A DNA stretch of 64,000 nt from Eledone cirrhosa (lineage: Eukaryota). Below are positions 1-13,800 of the stretch, piece after piece (the stretch's first letter is position 1; each line of letters starts with the position of its first letter). The notes below the pieces were generated by a model. It ran no database searches. It worked only from the letters and a program-made list of their open reading frames with translations, and was not told where the DNA came from. The stretch covers positions 91,698,001-91,762,000 of the forward strand of contig OZ024745.1 in assembly GCA_964016885.1 (NCBI GenBank), in the 5' to 3' direction. Position numbers and translations under genes: made by a program.

Positions 1-599
1 TATTACTCTGTCTGAGTATCAAACAGCTCCACTAGATACAGTAAGTTATATTACTCTGTCTGAGTATCAAACAGCTCCACTAGATACAGTAAGTTATATT
101 ACTCTGTCTGAGTATCAAACAGCTCCACTATATAAAGTAAGTTATATTACTCTGTCTGAGTATCAAACAGCTCCACTAGATACAGTAAGTTATATTACTC
201 TGTCTGAGTATCAAACAGCTCCACTAGATACAGTAAGTTATATTACTCTGTCTGAGTATCAAACACCTCCACTAGATACAGTAAGTTATATTACTCTGTC
301 TGAGTATCAAACAGCTCCACTAGATACAGTAAGTTATATTACTCTGCCTGAGTATCAAACAGCTCCACTAGATGCAGTAAGTTATATTACTCTGTCTGAT
401 TATCAAACAGCTCCACTACATACAGTAAGTTATATTACTCTGCCTGAGTATCAAACAGCTCCACTACATACAGTAAGTTATATTACTCTGCCTGAGTATC
501 AAACAGCTCCACTACATACAGTAAGTTATATTACTTCGCCTGAGTATCAAACAGCTCCACTACATACAGTAAGTTATATTACTCTGCCTGAGTATCAAA

Positions 600-2980
600 C
601 AGCTCCACTAGATACAGTAAGTTATATTACTCTGCCTGAGTATCAAACAGCTCCACTAGATACAGTAAGTTATATTACGCTGTCTGAGTATCAAACAGCT
701 CCCCTAGATACAGTAAGTTATATTACTCTGCCTGAGTATCAAATAGCTCCACTAGATACAGTAAGTTATATTACACTGCCTGAGTATGAAACAGCTCCAC
801 TAGGTACAGTAAGTTATATTACTCTGCCTGAGTATCAAACAGTTCCACTAGATGCAGTAAGTTATATTACTCTGCCTGAGTATCAAACAACTCCACTAGA
901 TACAGTAAGTTATATTACTCTGCCTGCGTATCAAACAGCTCCACTAGATACAGTAAGTTATATTACTCTGCCTGAGTATCAAACAGCTCCACTAGATACA
1001 GTAAGTTATATTACTCTGTCTGAGTATCAAACAGCTCCACTAGATACAGTAAGTTATATTACTCTGTCTGAGTATCAAATAGCTCCACTAGACAGTAAGT
1101 TATATTACTCTGCCTGAGTATCAAACTGCTCCACTACATACAGTAAGTTATATTACTCTGCCTGAGTATCAAACAGCTCCACTAGATACAGTAAGTTATA
1201 TTACTCTGCCTGAGTATCAAACAGCTCCACTAGATACAGTAAGTTATATTACTCTGCCTGAGTATCAAACAGCTCCACTAGATACAGTAAGTTATGTTAT
1301 TCTGTCTGAGTATCAAACAGCTCCACTAGATACAGTAAGTTATATTACTCTGCCTGAGTATCAAACAGCTCCACTAGATACAGTAAGTTATATTACTCTG
1401 CCTGAGTATCAAACAGCTCCACTAGATACAGTAAGTTATATTACTCTGTCTGAGTATCAAACAGCTCCACTAGATACAGTAAGTTATATTACTCTGCCTG
1501 AGTATCAAACAGCTCCACTACATACAGTAAGTTATATTACTCTGCCTGAGTATCAAACAGCTCCACTACATACAGTAAGTTATATTACTCTGCCTGAGTA
1601 TCAAACAGCTCCACTAGATACGGTAAGTTATATTACTCTGTCTGAGTATCAAACAGCTCCCCTAGATACAGTAAGTTATATTACTCCGCCTGAGTATCAA
1701 ACAGCTCCACTAGATACAGTAAGTTATATTACTCTGTCTGAGTATCAAACACCTCCACTAGAGACAGTAAGTTATATTACTCTGTCTGAGTATCAAACAG
1801 CTCCACTAGATACAGTAAGTTATATTACTCTGCCTGAGTATCAAACAGCTCCACTAGATACAGTAAGTTATATTACGCTGTCTGAGTATCAAACAGCTCC
1901 CCTAGATACAGTAAGTTATATTACTCTGCCTGAGTATCAAATAGCTCCACTAGATACAGTAAGTTATATTACTCTGCCTGAGTATCAAACAGTTCCACTA
2001 GATGCAGTAAGTTATATTACTCTGCCTGAGTATCAAACAACTCCACTAGATACAGTAAGTTATATTACTCTGCCTGCGTATCAAACAGCTCCACTAGATA
2101 CAGTAAGTTATATTACTCTGCCTGAGTATCAAACAGCTCCACTAGATACAGTAAGTTATATTACTCTGTCTGAGTATCAAACAGCTCCACTAGATACAGT
2201 AAGTTATATTACTCTGTCTGAGTATCAAATAGCTCCACTAGACAGTAAGTTATATTACTCTGCCTGAGTATCAAACTGCTCCACTACATACAGTAAGTTA
2301 TATTACTCTGCCTGAGTATCAAACAGCTCCACTAGATACAGTAAGTTATATTACTCTGCCTGAGTATCAAACAGCTCCACTAGATACAGTAAGTTATATT
2401 ACTCTGCCTGAGTATCAAACAGCTCCACTAGATACAGTAAGTTATGTTATTCTGTCTGAGTATCAAACAGCTCCACTAGATACAGTAAGTTATATTACTC
2501 TGCCTGAGTATCAAACAGCTCCACTAGATACAGTAAGTTATATTACTCTGCCTGAGTATCAAACAGCTCCACTAGATACAGTAAGTTATATTACTCTGTC
2601 TGAGTATCAAACAGCTCCACTAGATACAGTAAGTTATATTACTCTGCCTGAGTATCAAACAGCTCCACTACATACAGTAAGTTATATTACTCTGCCTGAG
2701 TATCAAACAGCTCCACTACATACAGTAAGTTATATTACTCTGCCTGAGTATCAAACAGCTCCACTAGATACGGTAAGTTATATTACTCTGTCTAAGTATC
2801 AAACAGCTCCCCTAGATACAGTAAGTTATATTACTCCGCCTGAGTATCAAACAGCTCCACTAGATACAGTAAGTTATATTACTCTGTCTGAGTATCAAAC
2901 ACCTCCACTAGATACAGTAAGTTATATTACTCTGTCTGAGTATCAAACAGCTCCACTAGATACAGTAAGTTATATTACTC
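600..2980. repeat. Tandem duplication of a ~24-monomer block (1,150-bp period) carrying a 2-bp deletion; boundaries approximate
   Basis: Private variants recur 1,150 bp (24x48-2) apart: CCTGCGTA (927/2077), the GATACAG>GACAG deletion (~1092/~2242), AACTGCT (~1126/~2276) and TATGTTATT (~1295/~2445). Confidence 0.92.
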
Positions 2981-5900
2981 TGTCTGAGTATCAAACACCT
3001 CCACTAGATACAGTAAGTTATATTACTCTGTCTGAGTATCAAACAGCTCCACTAGATACAGTAAGTTATATTACTCTGTCTGAGTATCAAACAGCTCCAC
3101 TAGATTCAGTAAGTTACATTACTCTGTCTGAGTATCAAACAGCTCCACTAGATACAGTAAGTTATATTACTCTGTCTGAGTATCAAACAGCTCCACTAGA
3201 TACAGTAAGTTATATTACTCTGCCTGAGTATCAAACAGCTCCACTAGATACAGTAAGTTATATTGCTCTGTCTGAGTATCAAACAGCTCCCCTAGATACA
3301 GTAAGTTATATTACTCTGTCTGAGTATCAAACAGCTCCACTAGATACAGTAAGTTATATTACTCTGTCTGAGTATCAAACAGCTCCACTAGATACAGTAA
3401 GTTATATTACTCTGCCTGAGTATCAAACAGCTCCACTAGATACAGTAAGTTATATTACTCTGTCTGAGTATCAAACAGCTCCACTAGATACAGTAAGTTA
3501 TATTACTCTGTCTGAGTATCAAACAGCTCCACTAGATACAGTAAGTTATATTACTCTGTCTGAGTATCAAACACCTCCACTAGATACAGTAAGTTATATT
3601 ACTCTGTCTGAGTATCAAACAGCTCCACTAGATACAGTAAGTTATATTACTCTGTCTGAGTATCAAACAGCTCCACTAGATACAGTAAGTTATATTACTC
3701 CGTCTGAGTATCAAACAGCTCCACTAGATACAGTAAGTTATATTACTCTGTCTGAGTATCAAACAGCTCCACTAGATACAGTAAGTTATATTACTCTGCC
3801 TGAGTATCAAACAGCTCCACTAGATACAGTAAGTTATATTACTCTGTTTGAGTATCAAACAGCTCCCCTAGATACAGTAAGTTATATTACTCTGTCTGAG
3901 TATCAAACATCTCCCCTAGATACAGTAAGTTATATTACTCTGCCTGAGTATCAAACAGCTCCACTACATACAGTAAGTTATATTACTCCGCCTGAGTATC
4001 AAACAGCTCCACTACATACAGTAAGTTATATTACTCTGCCTGAGTATCAAACAGCTCCCCTAGATACGGTAAGTTATATTACTTTGCCTGAGTATCAAAC
4101 AGCTCCACTAGATACAGTAAGTTATATTACTCTGTCTGAGTATCAAACAGCTCCACTAGATACAGTAAGTTATATTACTCTGCCTGAGTATCAAACAGCT
4201 CCACTACATACAGTAAGTTATATTACTCTGCCTGAGTATCAAACAGCTCCACTAGATACAGTAAGTTATATTACTTTGCCTGAGTATCAAACAGCTCCAC
4301 TAGATACAGTAAGTTATATTACTCTGTCTGAGTATCAAACAGCTCCACTAGATACAGTAAGTTATATTACTCTGTCTGAGTATCAAACAGCTCCACTAGA
4401 TACAGTAAGTTATATTACTCTGCCTGAGTATCAAATAGCTTCACTAGATACAGTAAGTTATATTACACTGCCTGAGTATCAAACAGCTCCACTAGGTACA
4501 GTAAGTTATATTACTCTGCCTGAGTATCAAATAGCTTCACTAGATACAGTAAGTTATATTACACTGCCTGAGTATCAAACAGCTCCACTAGGTACAGTAA
4601 GTTATATTACTCTGCCTTAGTATCAAACAGTTCCACTAGATGCAGTAAGTTATATTACTCTGCCTGAGTATCAAACAACTCCACTAGATACAGTAAGTTA
4701 TATTACTCTGCCTGAGTATCAAACAGCTCCACTAGATACAGTAAGTTATATTACTCTGCCTGAGTATCAAACAGCTCCACTAGATACAGTAAGTTATATT
4801 ACTCTGTCTGAGTATCAAACAGCTCCACTAGATACAGTAAGTTATATTACTCTGACTGAGTATCAAACAGCTCCACTAGATACAGTAAGTTATATTACTC
4901 TGCCTGAGTATCAAACAGCTCCACTAGATACAGTAAGTTAATTTACTCTGTCTGAGTATCAAATAGCTCCACTAGATACAGTAAGTTATATTACTCTGTC
5001 TGAGTATCAAACAGCTCCACTAGATACAGTAAGTTATATTACTCTGTCTGAGTATCAAACAGCTCCACTAGATACAGTAAGTTATATTACTCTGTCTGAG
5101 TATCAAACAGCTCCTTTAGATACAGTAAGTTATATTACTCTGCCTGAGTATCAAATAGCTCCACTAGATACAGTAAGTTATATTACTCTGCCTGAGTATC
5201 AAACAGCTCCACTAGGTACAGTAAGTTATGTTACTCTGCCTGAGTATCAAACAGCTCCACTAGATACAGTAAGTTATATTACTCTGTCTGAGTATCAAAC
5301 AGCTCCACTAGATACAGTAAGTTATATTACTCTGCCTGAGTATCAAACAGCTCCACTAGATACAGTAAGTTATATTACTCTGCCTGAGTATCAAACAGCT
5401 CCACTAGATACAGTAAGTTATATTACTCTGTCTGAGTATCAAACAGCTCCACTAGATACAGTAAGTTATATTACTCTGCCTGAGTATCAAACAGCTCCAC
5501 TAGATACAGTAAGTTATATTACTCTGCCTGAGTATCAAACAGCTCCACTAGATACAGTAAGTTATATTACTCTGTCTGAGTATCAAACAGCTCCCCTAGA
5601 TACAGTAAGTTATATTACTCTGTCTGAGTATCAAACATCTCCCCTAGATACAGTAAGTCATATTACTCTGCCTGAGTATCAGACAGCTCCACTAGATACA
5701 GTAAGTTATATTACTCTGTCTGAGTATCAAACAGCTCCACTAGATACAGTAAGTTATATTACTCTGTCTGAGTATCAAACACCTCCACTAGATACAGTAA
5801 GTTATATTACTCTGTCTGAGTATCAAACAGCTCCACTAGATACAGTAAGTTATATTACTCTGTCTGAGTATCAAACAGCTCCAATAGATACAGTAAGTTA

Positions 5901-7899
5901 TATTACTCTGTCTGAGTATCAAACAGCTCCACTAGATACAGTAAGTTATATTACTCTGTCTGAGTATCAAACACCTCCACTAGATACAGTAAGTTATATT
6001 ACTCTGTCTGAGTATCAAACAGCTCCACTAGATACAGTAAGTTATATTACTCTGTCTGAGTATCAAACAGCTCCACTAGATACAGTAAGTTATATTACTC
6101 TGTCTGAGTATCAAACACCTCCACTAGATACAGTAAGTTATATTACTCTGTCTGAGTATCAAACAGCTCCACTAGATACAGTAAGTTATATTACTCTCCC
6201 TGAGTATCAAACAGCTCCACTAGATACAGTAAGTTATATTACTCTGTCTGATTATCAAACAGCTCCACTACATACAGTAAGTTATATTACTCTGCCTGAG
6301 TATCAAACAGCTCCACTACATACAGTAAGTTATATTACTCTGCCTGAGTATCAAACAGCTCCACTAGATACAGTAAGTTATATTACTTTGTCTGAGTATC
6401 AAACACCTCCACTAGATACAGTAAGTTATATTACTCTGTCTGAGTATCAAACAGCTCCACTAGATACAGTAAGTTATATTACTCTGTCTGAGTATCAAAC
6501 AGCTCCACTAGATACAGTAAGTTATATTACTCTGTCTGAGTATCAAACAGCTCCACTAGATACAGTAAGTTATATTACTCCGTCTGAGTATCAAACAGCT
6601 CCACTAGATACAGTAAGTTATATTACTCTGTCTGAGTATCAAACAGCTCCACTAGATACAGTAAGTTATATTACTCTGCCTGAGTATCAAACAGCTCCAC
6701 TAGATACAGTAAGTTATATTACTCTGCCTGAGTATCAAATAGCTTCACTAGATACAGTAAGTTATATTACACTGCCTGAGTATCAAACAGCTCCACTAGG
6801 TACAGTAAGTTATATTACTCTGCCTGAGTATCAAATAGCTTCACTAGATACAGTAAGTTATATTACACTGCCTGAGTATCAAACAGCTCCACTAGGTACA
6901 GTAAGTTATATTACTCTGCCTGAGTATCAAACAGTTCCACTAGATGCAGTAAGTTATATTACTCTGCCTGAGTATCAAACAACTCCACTAGATACAGTAA
7001 GTTATATTACTCTGCCTGAGTATCAAACAGCTCCACTAGATACAGTAAGTTATATTACTCTGCCTGAGTATCAAACAGCTCCACTAGATACAGTAAGTTA
7101 TATTACTCTGTCTGAGTATCAAACAGCTCCACTAGATACAGTAAGTTATATTACTCTGACTGAGTATCAAACAGCTCCACTAGATACAGTAAGTTATATT
7201 ACTCTGCCTGAGTATCAAACAGCTCCACTAGATACAGTAAGTTAATTTACTCTGTCTGAGTATCAAATAGCTCCACTAGATACAGTAAGTTATATTACTC
7301 TGTCTGAGTATCAAACAGCTCCACTAGATACAGTAAGTTATATTACTCTGTCTGAGTATCAAACAGCTCCTTTAGATACAGTAAGTTATATTACTCTGCC
7401 TGAGTATCAAATAGCTCCACTAGATACAGTAAGTTATATTACTCTGCCTGAGTATCAAACAGCTCCACTAGGTACAGTAAGTTATGTTACTCTGCCTGAG
7501 TATCAAACAGCTCCACTAGATGCAGTAAGTTATATTACTCTGCCTGAGTATCAAACAGCTCCACTAGATACAGTAAGTTATATTACTCTGTCTGAGTATC
7601 AAACAGCTCCACTAGATACAGTAAGTTATATTACTCTGCCTGAGTATCAAACAGCTCCACTAGATACAGTAAGTTATATTACTCTGCCTGAGTATCAAAC
7701 AGCTCCACTAGATACAGTAAGTTATATTACTCTGTCTGAGTATCAAACAGCTCCACTAGATACAGTAAGTTATATTACTCTGCCTGAGTATCAAACAGCT
7801 CCACTAGATACAGTAAGTTATATTACTCTGCCTGAGTATCAAACAGCTCCACTAGATACAGTAAGTTCTATTACTCTGTCTGAGTATCAAACAGCTCCA

Positions 7900-10800
7900 C
7901 TAGATACAGTAAGTTATATTACTCTGTCTGAGTATCAAACAGCTCCACTAGATACAGTAAGTTATATTACTCTGTCTGAGTATCAAACAGCTCCACTAGA
8001 TACAGTAAGTTATATTACTCTGCCTGAGTATCAAACAGCTCCACTAGATACAGTAAGTTATATTACTCTGTCTGAGTATCAAACAGCTCCCCTAGATACA
8101 GTAAGTTATATTACTCTGTCTGAGTATCAAACATCTCCCCTAGATACAGTAAGTTATATTACTCTGCCTGAGTATCAAACAGCTCCACTAGATACAGTAA
8201 GTTATATTACTCTGTCTGAGTATCAAACAGCTCCACTACATACAGTAAGTTATATTACTCTGTCTGAGTATCAAACACCTCCACTAGATACAGTAAGTTA
8301 TATTACTCTGTCTGAGTATCAAACAGCTCCACTAGATACAGTAAGTTATATTACTCTGTCTGAGTATCAAACAGCTCCACTAGATACAGTAAGTTATATT
8401 ACTCTGTCTGAGTATCAAACAGCTCCACTAGATACAGTAAGTTATATTACTCTGTCTGAGTATCAAACACCGCCACTAGATACAGTAAGTTATATTACTC
8501 TGTCTGAGTATCAAACAGCTCCACTACATACAGTAAGTTATATTACTCTGCCTGAGTATCAAACAGCTCCACTACATACAGTAAGTTATATTACTCTGCC
8601 TGAGTATCAAACAGCTCCACTAGATACAGTAAGTTATATTACTCTGTCTGAGTATCAAACACCTCCACTAGATACAGTAAGTTATATTACTCTGTCTGAG
8701 TATCAAACAGCTCCACTAGATACAGTAAGTTATATTACTCTGTCTGAGTATCAAACAGCTCCACTAGATACAGTAAGTTATATTACTCTGTCTGAGTATC
8801 AAACAGCTCCAATAGATACAGTAAGTTATATTACTCTGTCTGAGTATCAAACAGCTCCACTAGATACAGTAAGTTATATTACTCCGTCTGAGTATCAAAC
8901 AGCTCCACTAGATACAGTAAGTTATATTACTCTGTCTGAGTATCAAACAGCTCCACTAGATACAGTAAGTTATATTACTCTGCCTGAGTATCAAACAGCT
9001 CCACTAGATACAGTAAGTTATATTACTCTGTCTGAGTATCAAACAGCTCCCCTAGATACAGTAAGTTATATTACTCTGTCTGAGTATCAAACATCTCCCC
9101 TAGATACAGTAAGTTATATTACTCTGCCTGAGTATCAAACAGCTCCACTACATACAGTAAGTTATATTACTCCGCCTGAGTATCAAACAGCTCCACTACA
9201 TACAGTAAGTTATATTACTCTGCCTGAGTATCAAACAGCTCCCGTAGATACGGTAAGTTATATTACTCTGTCTGAGTATCAAACAGCTCCACTAGATACA
9301 GTAAGTTATATTACTCTGTCTGAGTATCAAACAGCTCCACTAGATACAGTAAGTTATATTACTCTGCCTGAGTATCAAACAGCTCCACTAGATACAGTAA
9401 GTTATATTACTCTGCCTGAGTATCAAACAGCTCCACTAGATACAGTAAGTTATATTACTCTGTCTGAGTATCAAACAGCTCCACTACATACAGTAAGTTA
9501 TATTACTCTGCCTGAGTATCAAACAGCTCCACTAGATACAGTAAGTTATATTACTCTGCCTGAGTATCAAACAGCTCCACTAGATACAGTAAGTTATATT
9601 ACTCTGTCTGAGTATCAAACAGCTCCACTAGATACAGTAAGTTATATTACTCTGCCTGAGTATCAAACAGCTCCACTAGATACAGTAAGTTATATTACTC
9701 TGCCTGAGTATCAAATAGCTTCACTAGATACAGTAAGTTATATTACACTGCCTGAGTATCAAACAGCTCCACTAGGTACAGTAAGTTATATTACCCTGCC
9801 TGAGTATCAAATAGCTTCACTAGATACAGTAAGTTATATTACACTGTCTGAGTATCAAACAGCTCCACTAGGTACAGTAAGTTATATTACTCTGCCTGAG
9901 TATCAAACAGTTCCACTAGATGCAGTAAGTTATATTACTCTGCCTGAGTATCAAACAACTCCACTAGATACAGTAAGTTATATTACTCTGCCTGAGTATC
10001 AAACAGCTCCACTAGATACAGTAAGTTATATTACTCCGTCTGAGTATCAAACAGCTCCACTAGATACAGTAAGTTATATTACTCCGTCTGAGTATCAAAC
10101 AGCTCCACTAGATACAGTAAGTTATATTACTCTGTCTGAGTATCAAACAGCTCCACTAGATACAGTAAGTTATATTACTCTGTCTGAGTATCAAACAGCT
10201 CCACTAGATACAGTAAGTTATATTACTCTGCCTGAGTATCAAACAGCTCCCCTAGATACAGTAAGTTATATTACTCTGTCTGAGTATCAAACATCTCCCC
10301 TAGATACAGTAAGTTATATTACTCTGCCTGAGTATCAAACAGCTCCACTAGATACAGTAAGTTATATTACTCCGTCTGAGTATCAAACAGCTCCACTAGA
10401 TACAGTAAGTTATATTACTCCGTCTGAGTATCAAACAGCTCCACTAGATACAGTAAGTTATATTACTCTGCCTGAGTATCAAACAGCTCCACTAGATACA
10501 GTAAGTTATATTACTCTGTCTGAGTATCAAACAGCTCCACTAGATACAGTAAGTTATATTACTCTGCCTGAGTATCAAACAGCTCCACTAGATACAGTAA
10601 GTTATATTACTCTGCCTGAGTATCAAACAGCTCCACTAGATACAGTAAGTTATATTACTCTGTCTGAGTATCAAACAGCTCCACTAGATACAGTAAGTTA
10701 TATTACTCTGTCTGAGTATCAAACAGCTCCACTAGATACAGTAAGTTATATTACTCTGCCTGAGTATCAAACAGCTCCACTAGATACAGTAAGTTATATT

Positions 10801-13800
10801 ACTCTGTCTGAGTATCAAACAGCTCCCCTAGATACAGTAAGTTATATTACTCTGTCTGAGTATCAAACATCTCCCCTAGATACAGTAAGTTATATTACTC
10901 TGCCTGAGTATCAAACAGCTCCACTAGATACAGTAAGTTATATTACTCTGTCTGAGTATCAAACAGCTCCACTACATACAGTAAGTTATATTACTCTGTC
11001 TGAGTATCAAACACCTCCACTAGATACAGTAAGTTATATTACTCTGTCTGAGTATCAAACAGCTCCACTAGATACAGTAAGTTATATTACTCTGTCTGAG
11101 TATCAAACAGCTCCACTAGATACAGTAAGTTATATTACTCTGTCTGAGTATCAAACAGCTCCACTAGATACAGTAAGTTATATTACTCTGTCTGAGTATC
11201 AAACACCGCCACTAGATACAGTAAGTTATATTACTCTGTCTGAGTATCAAACAGCTCCACTACATACAGTAAGTTATATTACTCTGCCTGAGTATCAAAC
11301 AGCTCCACTACATACAGTAAGTTATATTACTCTGCCTGAGTATCAAACAGCTCCACTAGATACAGTAAGTTATATTACTCTGTCTGAGTATCAAACACCT
11401 CCACTAGATACAGTAAGTTATATTACTCTGTCTGAGTATCAAACAGCTCCACTAGATACAGTAAGTTATATTACTCTGTCTGAGTATCAAACAGCTCCAC
11501 TAGATACAGTAAGTTATATTACTCTGTCTGAGTATCAAACAGCTCCACTAGATACAGTAAGTTATATTACTCTGTCTGAGTATCAAACAGCTCCACTAGA
11601 TACAGTAAGTTATATTACTCCGTCTGAGTATCAAACAGCTCCACTAGATACAGTAAGTTATATTACTCTGTCTGAGTATCAAACAGCTCCACTAGATACA
11701 GTAAGTTATATTACTCTGCCTGAGTATCAAACAGCTCCACTAGATACAGTAAGTTATATTACTCTGTCTGAGTATCAAACAGCTCCCCTAGATACAGTAA
11801 GTTATATTACTCTGTCTGAGTATCAAACATCTCCCCTAGATACAGTAAGTTATATTACTCTGCCTGAGTATCAAACAGCTCCACTACATACAGTAAGTTA
11901 TATTACTCCGCCTGAGTATCAAACAGCTCCACTACATACAGTAAGTTATATTACTCTGCCTGAGTATCAAACAGCTCCCGTAGATACGGTAAGTTATATT
12001 ACTCTGTCTGAGTATCAAACAGCTCCACTAGATACAGTAAGTTATATTACTCTGTCTGAGTATCAAACAGCTCCACTAGATACAGTAAGTTATATTACTC
12101 TGCCTGAGTATCAAACAGCTCCACTAGATACAGTAAGTTATATTACTCTGCCTGAGTATCAAACAGCTCCACTAGATACAGTAAGTTATATTACTCTGTC
12201 TGAGTATCAAACAGCTCCACTACATACAGTAAGTTATATTACTCTGCCTGAGTATCAAACAGCTCCACTAGATACAGTAAGTTATATTACTCTGCCTGAG
12301 TATCAAACAGCTCCACTAGATACAGTAAGTTATATTACTCTGTCTGAGTATCAAACAGCTCCACTAGATACAGTAAGTTATATTACTCTGCCTGAGTATC
12401 AAACAGCTCCACTAGATACAGTAAGTTATATTACTCTGCCTGAGTATCAAATAGCTTCACTAGATACAGTAAGTTATATTACACTGCCTGAGTATCAAAC
12501 AGCTCCACTAGGTACAGTAAGTTATATTACCCTGCCTGAGTATCAAATAGCTTCACTAGATACAGTAAGTTATATTACACTGTCTGAGTATCAAACAGCT
12601 CCACTAGGTACAGTAAGTTATATTACTCTGCCTGAGTATCAAACAGTTCCACTAGATGCAGTAAGTTATATTACTCTGCCTGAGTATCAAACAACTCCAC
12701 TAGATACAGTAAGTTATATTACTCTGCCTGAGTATCAAACAGCTCCACTAGATACAGTAAGTTATATTACTCCGTCTGAGTATCAAACAGCTCCACTAGA
12801 TACAGTAAGTTATATTACTCCGTCTGAGTATCAAACAGCTCCACTAGATACAGTAAGTTATATTACTCTGTCTGAGTATCAAACAGCTCCACTAGATACA
12901 GTAAGTTATATTACTCTGCCTGAGTATCAAACAGCTCCACTAGATACAGTAAGTTATATTACTCTGTCTGAGTATCAAACAGCTCCCCTAGATACAGTAA
13001 GTTATATTACTCTGTCTGAGTATCAAACATCTCCCCTAGATACAGTAAGTTATATTACTCTGCCTGAGTATCAAACAGCTCCACTACATACAGTAAGTTA
13101 TATTACTCCGCCTGAGTATCAAACAGCTCCACTACATACAGTAAGTTATATTACTCCGCCTGAGTATCAAACAGCTCCCGTAGATACGGTAAGTTATATT
13201 ACTCTGTCTGAGTATCAAACAGCTCCACTAGATACAGTAAGTTATATTACTCTGTCTGAGTATCAAACAGCTCCACTAGATACAGTAAGTTATATTACTC
13301 TGCCTGAGTATCAAACAGCTCCACTAGATACAGTAAGTTATATTACTCTGCCTGAGTATCAAACAGCTCCACTAGATACAGTAAGTTATATTACTCTGTC
13401 TGAGTATCAAACAGCTCCACTAGATACAGTAAGTTATATTACTCTGTCTGAGTATCAAACAGCTCCACTAGATACAGTAAGTTATATTACTCTGCCTGAG
13501 TATCAAACAGCTCCACTAGATACAGTAAGTTATATTACTCTGTCTGAGTATCAAACAGCTCCCCTAGATACAGTAAGTTATATTACTCTGTCTGAGTATC
13601 AAACATCTCCCCTAGATACAGTAAGTTATATTACTCTGCCTGAGTATCAAACAGCTCCACTAGATACAGTAAGTTATATTACTCTGTCTGAGTATCAAAC
13701 AGCTCCACTACATACAGTAAGTTATATTACTCTGTCTGAGTATCAAACACCTCCACTAGATACAGTAAGTTATATTACTCTGTCTGAGTATCAAACAGCT

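Noticed and set aside
1-48. Monomer derived from shorter subunits (24- or 16-mer)
   Set aside because: Only short matches exist (AAACAG/ATACAG, GAGTAT/CAGTAA) at inconsistent spacings.
36-56. TATA box / -10-like element (TTATATTA) or recursive-splice AG|GT site in each monomer
   Set aside because: The AT-rich match is weak and has no supporting context. CAG and GTAAGT share one G, so it is not an AGGT ratchet point.
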